From Candidatus Kapaibacterium sp. (lineage in GTDB: Bacteria > Bacteroidota > Ignavibacteria > Kapaibacteriales > UBA2268), in contig OY762428.1 in assembly GCA_963665665.1 (NCBI GenBank), forward strand, positions 832,001 to 896,000: a stretch of DNA of 64,000 nt, given 5' to 3'. Shown in pieces: positions 60,022-64,000 of this stretch. Position 1 is the stretch's first letter. Each line of letters begins with the position of its first letter. The notes under the pieces were generated by a model. That model saw nothing but the letters and a program-made list of their open reading frames with translations, had not been told where the DNA came from and ran no database searches. The position numbers and the translations under genes were made by a program.

Positions 60022-61164
60022 ATGGATAATTACGATATACTGAACCAATACATTGACGGAGAACTCAGCCGTGAAGCCGAAAAGGATTTCTTCCTGCGAA
60101 TTGCTGGCGATGACAATATGCATGGCAGGCTAAGAAATATTTCAGCCATGAGAAGTTCTATCCAGTCAAATTCAGCATCCATGGCTCCGCCGGTCGAATC
60201 AACAGCGGCAGTATTTTCGGCTCTCGGATTCAATCCTCCGGCATCAACTTCTGCTCCATTCCCGTTTTTACGAAGCCATTGGCAAAAAGGAGCCATGAGT
60301 ATTCTTACATTGATAATTATTTACCTGCTTTTCTTTGGAAATGCAAATAATATCGGAATTTCAGACGGTTCGGATAATATATCAGGACCGACAGTAGAAA
60401 ATACAACCCAAAAGAGTTCCATACCAATGATCGATTCCAGGGATAACGAAGAATCTGCACAGACAGAACCCGAGATTAGAACAGTTGTTAAGTATGTATA
60501 TGTTCAGGTCCCTGTTGAAAAAGATGATGAAACAAATGAATATATACCTGAAATTGTAAATGGAAAATTTAAACATACCCTACTGCATACAAGCTCCTAT
60601 CCGACCGGGCCCGAAGGCCTTGGATTTGTGAACGGGCCCGGTTATAATGATATGTTTTCAGGAATTGACCTTCCTCTTGATCCAATAGGGCTTGATATTG
60701 AATTCCGGGGTGCACAGAATGTTCACTTCCCTGGCGCTTCTGTCAACCCTGCAGAAACGGCTTTATTCAATAATTATGCATTGACCACACTATATAATGT
60801 TGGAGCCGGATTCAAAGTTGGCCTTGACCTGCGGAATGAAAACTTTTTCCAGCAATATGGAGGAATGGATGAACTCGGAAGGTATGTTAGTTACGAACAG
60901 CAGCCCAACCTTACAAGTTTAAGCCTGGTAATAAGGTATTCCTACAAGTACTCGGAAGTTTTATTTCCTTTTGCCCAGATTGCAGGCGGCGGGAATAAAG
61001 GCGGATATCTGATGCGCGGTATGGCCGGTCTGGAATATGCTCCATATACTAACCTTGGATTTGTTATCGGATTGGAATACTCAAATTTCGGATTCAGCTA
61101 CCAGGGTGATAATTATTACTCCAATAAAATGGGCCTTCACTATGGTGTTAACCTGAAATTGTGA
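60022..61164 (+). CDS. Anti-sigma-like protein with TM helix and C-terminal outer-membrane beta-barrel-like domain
   Basis: LNQYIDGELS N-terminus; TM helix; amphipathic Gly/aromatic strands ending GLHYGVNLKL. Confidence 0.65.
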   Translation: MDNYDILNQYIDGELSREAEKDFFLRIAGDDNMHGRLRNISAMRSSIQSNSASMAPPVESTAAVFSALGFNPPASTSAPFPFLRSHWQKGAMSILTLIIIYLLFFGNANNIGISDGSDNISGPTVENTTQKSSIPMIDSRDNEESAQTEPEIRTVVKYVYVQVPVEKDDETNEYIPEIVNGKFKHTLLHTSSYPTGPEGLGFVNGPGYNDMFSGIDLPLDPIGLDIEFRGAQNVHFPGASVNPAETALFNNYALTTLYNVGAGFKVGLDLRNENFFQQYGGMDELGRYVSYEQQPNLTSLSLVIRYSYKYSEVLFPFAQIAGGGNKGGYLMRGMAGLEYAPYTNLGFVIGLEYSNFGFSYQGDNYYSNKMGLHYGVNLKL

Positions 61165-61193
61165 TATGAATTATACATTGATACTTTGTTTTT

Positions 61194-61226
61194 AATCCTG
61201 AAGTTATTCACTTCAGGATTTTTTTT
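61194..61226 (+). terminator. Intrinsic terminator
   Basis: AATCCTGAAGT/ACTTCAGGATT stem plus T-run. Confidence 0.7.
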
Positions 61227-61308
61227 AAAATTAAACATTGATTTTTATCTGCCAATTCATTATAATAATAAATATAATCTTCAAGTATCATCCCCTTCGG
61301 AGTCAGCT

Positions 61309-62133
61309 ATGAAAGAAGACAAAAAAGAAAGCAAAAAATTCAAGAAAAACGGGAAAATGGCAGTAAAATATTATGAAGATGAACTTGCCAGGCTACAGTT
61401 GGAGTTGGTAAAAATGCAATACTGGCTTCGTGATGTTGGTGAAAAAATGGTGATAATATTTGAAGGAAGGGATGCTGCCGGAAAAGGCGGTGTTATTAAA
61501 AGAATTACCGAACCGCTGAATCCCCGTGGATGCCGTGTTGTTGCTCTGGATAAACCGTCGAACAAAGAAATGACTCAGTGGTACTTCCAAAGATACGTTG
61601 CGCACCTGCCTTCTGCCGGTGAGATAGTAATATTCGACAGAAGCTGGTATAATCGTGCCGGAGTTGAAAGGGTTATGGGATTTTGTAAAGAGGAGGAATA
61701 CCTTGAATTCATGCGTTCATGCCCCGAGTTTGAAAGAATGCTTGTCAGGTCGGGAATCACACTACTGAAATATTGGTTCTCGGTCAGTGATGAAGAACAG
61801 GAAAAAAGACTTCGTGACCGAACGATAAACCCGGCTAAAAGATGGAAATTCTCACCGATGGATTTGGAGTCCTGGCAAAAGTGGGAAGGCTATTCAAAGG
61901 CCAAGGATGATATGTTTAAATATACTGATATAAAGCAGGCGCCATGGTATGTAGTGGAAGCTGATGATAAAAAACGGGCACGGCTGAATTGTATTACTCA
62001 TATAATAAATTCAATCCCTTATAAAGATATAATTCCCGGCCAGTTCGAATTGCCACCGAGAAGTACGGAAAGCCATTACATCAGACCGCCGCTTTCAGAT
62101 TATTCATTTGTTCCTGATAATTATGGTGATTAA
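61309..62133 (+). CDS. ppk2: Polyphosphate kinase 2
   Basis: FEGRDAAGKGG, QWYFQRY, FDRSWYNR, WKFSPMD. Confidence 0.95.
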   Translation: MKEDKKESKKFKKNGKMAVKYYEDELARLQLELVKMQYWLRDVGEKMVIIFEGRDAAGKGGVIKRITEPLNPRGCRVVALDKPSNKEMTQWYFQRYVAHLPSAGEIVIFDRSWYNRAGVERVMGFCKEEEYLEFMRSCPEFERMLVRSGITLLKYWFSVSDEEQEKRLRDRTINPAKRWKFSPMDLESWQKWEGYSKAKDDMFKYTDIKQAPWYVVEADDKKRARLNCITHIINSIPYKDIIPGQFELPPRSTESHYIRPPLSDYSFVPDNYGD

Positions 62134-62142
62134 ATTACAGCA

Positions 62143-62173
62143 AAACACCCTTTGTTCAAAACAAAGGGTGTTT
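62143..62173. terminator. Bidirectional hairpin terminator
   Basis: AAACACCCTTTGTT/AACAAAGGGTGTTT between convergent genes. Confidence 0.7.
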
Positions 62174-62207
62174 CCATAATTAATTTCTATTTCAATATAA
62201 TTTCAAC

Positions 62208-63431
62208 TTATGCTTTTGTGCCAACCAGGCGTTTGACCATATAAATGAAAACGCCTGTAAGAACCAGATTCAGGGTCAGGCTTAGTAAAGCAACTGTAAG
62301 AATGTGCCCGCCTATTCCAAATCCGATACTGACAACAAGAACTCCTGCTCCGACTTCGCCCCTCGGCCACATACCGATAGCAAGAGCCAGGCGTGTTTTA
62401 AAATTAGCTTCTTTCCTATAGCAGAATGCAGGAAACATTTTTCCGATATTAGAGATTATTGTTACCATAAGAACGTGGAACATAATCATTCCCCACCCCG
62501 GCATTTCAAGTGTAGCAGTCAGGCTCTGAGCAGTTTCCTTCACGGCCGATACTTCATTTCCTCCAATAATCGAAGGCATACTCAGGCCAACAAGTACCAT
62601 AAATATTCCCGATATAATACTGGATACTCTCTGCTCCTCTGGTGATTCCGGGCCTTCCTGATGCCCTTCTCTTTCGTCATCGGAATGAGGATCGCTTCCC
62701 TCAGGATGTTTCATTATAGCACCCAGAACAAATGCAGGCAGCAAAACTTCAAGGTGAATCGGAACAGATGTATCTATCTGAAGGCTTCCCCAGTGGATTA
62801 TCTCAGAAATTATTACAATAATAAAGGAATATAGCAATACCCACTGCCATTTTGAACTGATATTGATTTTATGAAGATATTTCCAGGCTATCCAAACCAA
62901 TATTACCATTACAAGAACAATAACCCCTAACTGCCATGCTATTCCAAGAATCAGCATCTTCAGAGGTATCATTAATAACACAGTATCCAGGTCGTCAAAA
63001 ATTGCAAGTATCCTTGCTTTCTTGAAAAGCCATGAAGCGCTTAGCCCGGCTGCTGCCAGCATGGAAAATAATACACCTGCAGATGTTGGTGCTGCAAACC
63101 GTCCTGCAAGCAGAGATTCCTTCCATGCATCCCAATTTGCCCAGAACTCCGGTGGTATTAATACAAATACAAAATATAATGTTACAAGTATCCAGGGAAA
63201 TGTAGCCGCAGTCATGGCTACAACATAATCCCAGCCATAAGGTTTGATATTGGATTTATCAATTTCAAACTCATACCCTACATGTATCATGATGAAAGCA
63301 AGGGCTGTCATTGTCAGGACTGTAATCACTTTATTAAGTGAACTAAAACCGGAACCTGCCAGTTCCGGCAGGAACTGGGACACAACAAGTCCAACGATTA
63401 ATAAAACGGAATAAAATGCTACTTTTTTCAT
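62208..63431 (-). CDS. Cation:proton antiporter (CPA2-like Na+/H+ exchanger)
   Basis: Multiple TM helices; PTSAG, AIFDDL, IGK, PRGEVG motifs. Confidence 0.8.
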   Translation of the reverse strand: MKKVAFYSVLLIVGLVVSQFLPELAGSGFSSLNKVITVLTMTALAFIMIHVGYEFEIDKSNIKPYGWDYVVAMTAATFPWILVTLYFVFVLIPPEFWANWDAWKESLLAGRFAAPTSAGVLFSMLAAAGLSASWLFKKARILAIFDDLDTVLLMIPLKMLILGIAWQLGVIVLVMVILVWIAWKYLHKINISSKWQWVLLYSFIIVIISEIIHWGSLQIDTSVPIHLEVLLPAFVLGAIMKHPEGSDPHSDDEREGHQEGPESPEEQRVSSIISGIFMVLVGLSMPSIIGGNEVSAVKETAQSLTATLEMPGWGMIMFHVLMVTIISNIGKMFPAFCYRKEANFKTRLALAIGMWPRGEVGAGVLVVSIGFGIGGHILTVALLSLTLNLVLTGVFIYMVKRLVGTKA

Positions 63432-63458
63432 ATTTTTTTCGTATATTTTAATAATAAC

Positions 63459-63950
63459 ATGATAAATAAGACTACGTTAATCCTATTTTATTTTATTTTT
63501 TTTAACAACAATAATAAGACCTTGAAAAGAATTTTATATACCTTTCTGAGTTTTATCGGCGGACTGGCTTTTATATTACTTGGTGTTTTATATTACATGG
63601 ATACAATGGGATATACAATTGAAGGAGCAGAGGAGACAACCGGAATAATTAGCGGATGGAAAAAATCAAAAAATGATAACAGTATGCTTCCGAACTTTGA
63701 ATATACTGTTTTCAATCCAAGAGTTAAATTTACAACAAAGGACGGCCGGAAAATTGAGTTCCTTGATTTAGTGAGTGAATCAGATAAAGTTTATCCTGTT
63801 GGCAGTGTTGTTGATGTTGTATATAATCCAATGCAACCCGGCGATGCACGTCTGATTCGGCCAAAATCTATATGGGGGCAACATTTGATATTAATAGGCC
63901 TTGGGGCGGTTTTATTAGGAATATCAATTATTATTTTCAGGTTTTCCTGA
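63459..63950 (+). CDS. DUF3592-like membrane protein (start uncertain)
   Basis: Two TM helices flanking TTG.I...P.V.F.T.DG...G..V.V.YNP..P..A. Confidence 0.7.
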   Translation: MINKTTLILFYFIFFNNNNKTLKRILYTFLSFIGGLAFILLGVLYYMDTMGYTIEGAEETTGIISGWKKSKNDNSMLPNFEYTVFNPRVKFTTKDGRKIEFLDLVSESDKVYPVGSVVDVVYNPMQPGDARLIRPKSIWGQHLILIGLGAVLLGISIIIFRFS

Positions 63951-64000
63951 TTTTTTCTCATGCAGAAATGGCAGGATCATCCTGAACTCACTTCCTTTTT

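Noticed and set aside
61-63228. Numerous short ORFs antisense to or out of frame within long genes
   Set aside because: Shadow ORFs of well-supported CDSs with no independent signals

Overview
AT-rich chromosomal window from an FCB-group bacterium. Many proteins carry type IX secretion (T9SS) C-terminal domains and Shine-Dalgarno sites are in use, which fits Kapabacteria/Ignavibacteria; this assignment is inferred. The window opens inside a Wsp-type chemosensory operon (wspB-wspC-[CPBP]-wspD-wspE-wspF) whose WspR-like output protein carries a PP2C/SpoIIE phosphatase instead of a diguanylate cyclase. Housekeeping genes include pdxA, rodA, purD and ppk2. Other coding content: an ACP/SDR/adenylation-enzyme/AAC(3)-like/deacetylase cassette coupled to purD, six T9SS cargo proteins, a PorE-like lipoprotein, an ABC-ATPase plus DUF4276-like pair, two ECF sigma/anti-sigma loci and an exported MIF-like protein. 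Non-coding signals read from the DNA: a 12 x 21-bp tandem array, an orphan pseudoknot-capable RNA element resembling IS110 non-coding ends, a 203-bp MITE with an 8-bp target-site duplication, a candidate ECF-driven anti-Shine-Dalgarno sRNA, a Na+-riboswitch-like leader, REP mosaics and a cluster of degenerate DnaA-like boxes. No tRNA, rRNA, CRISPR array, integrase or transposase was recognised. All family calls come from motif recognition by eye, without database searches.
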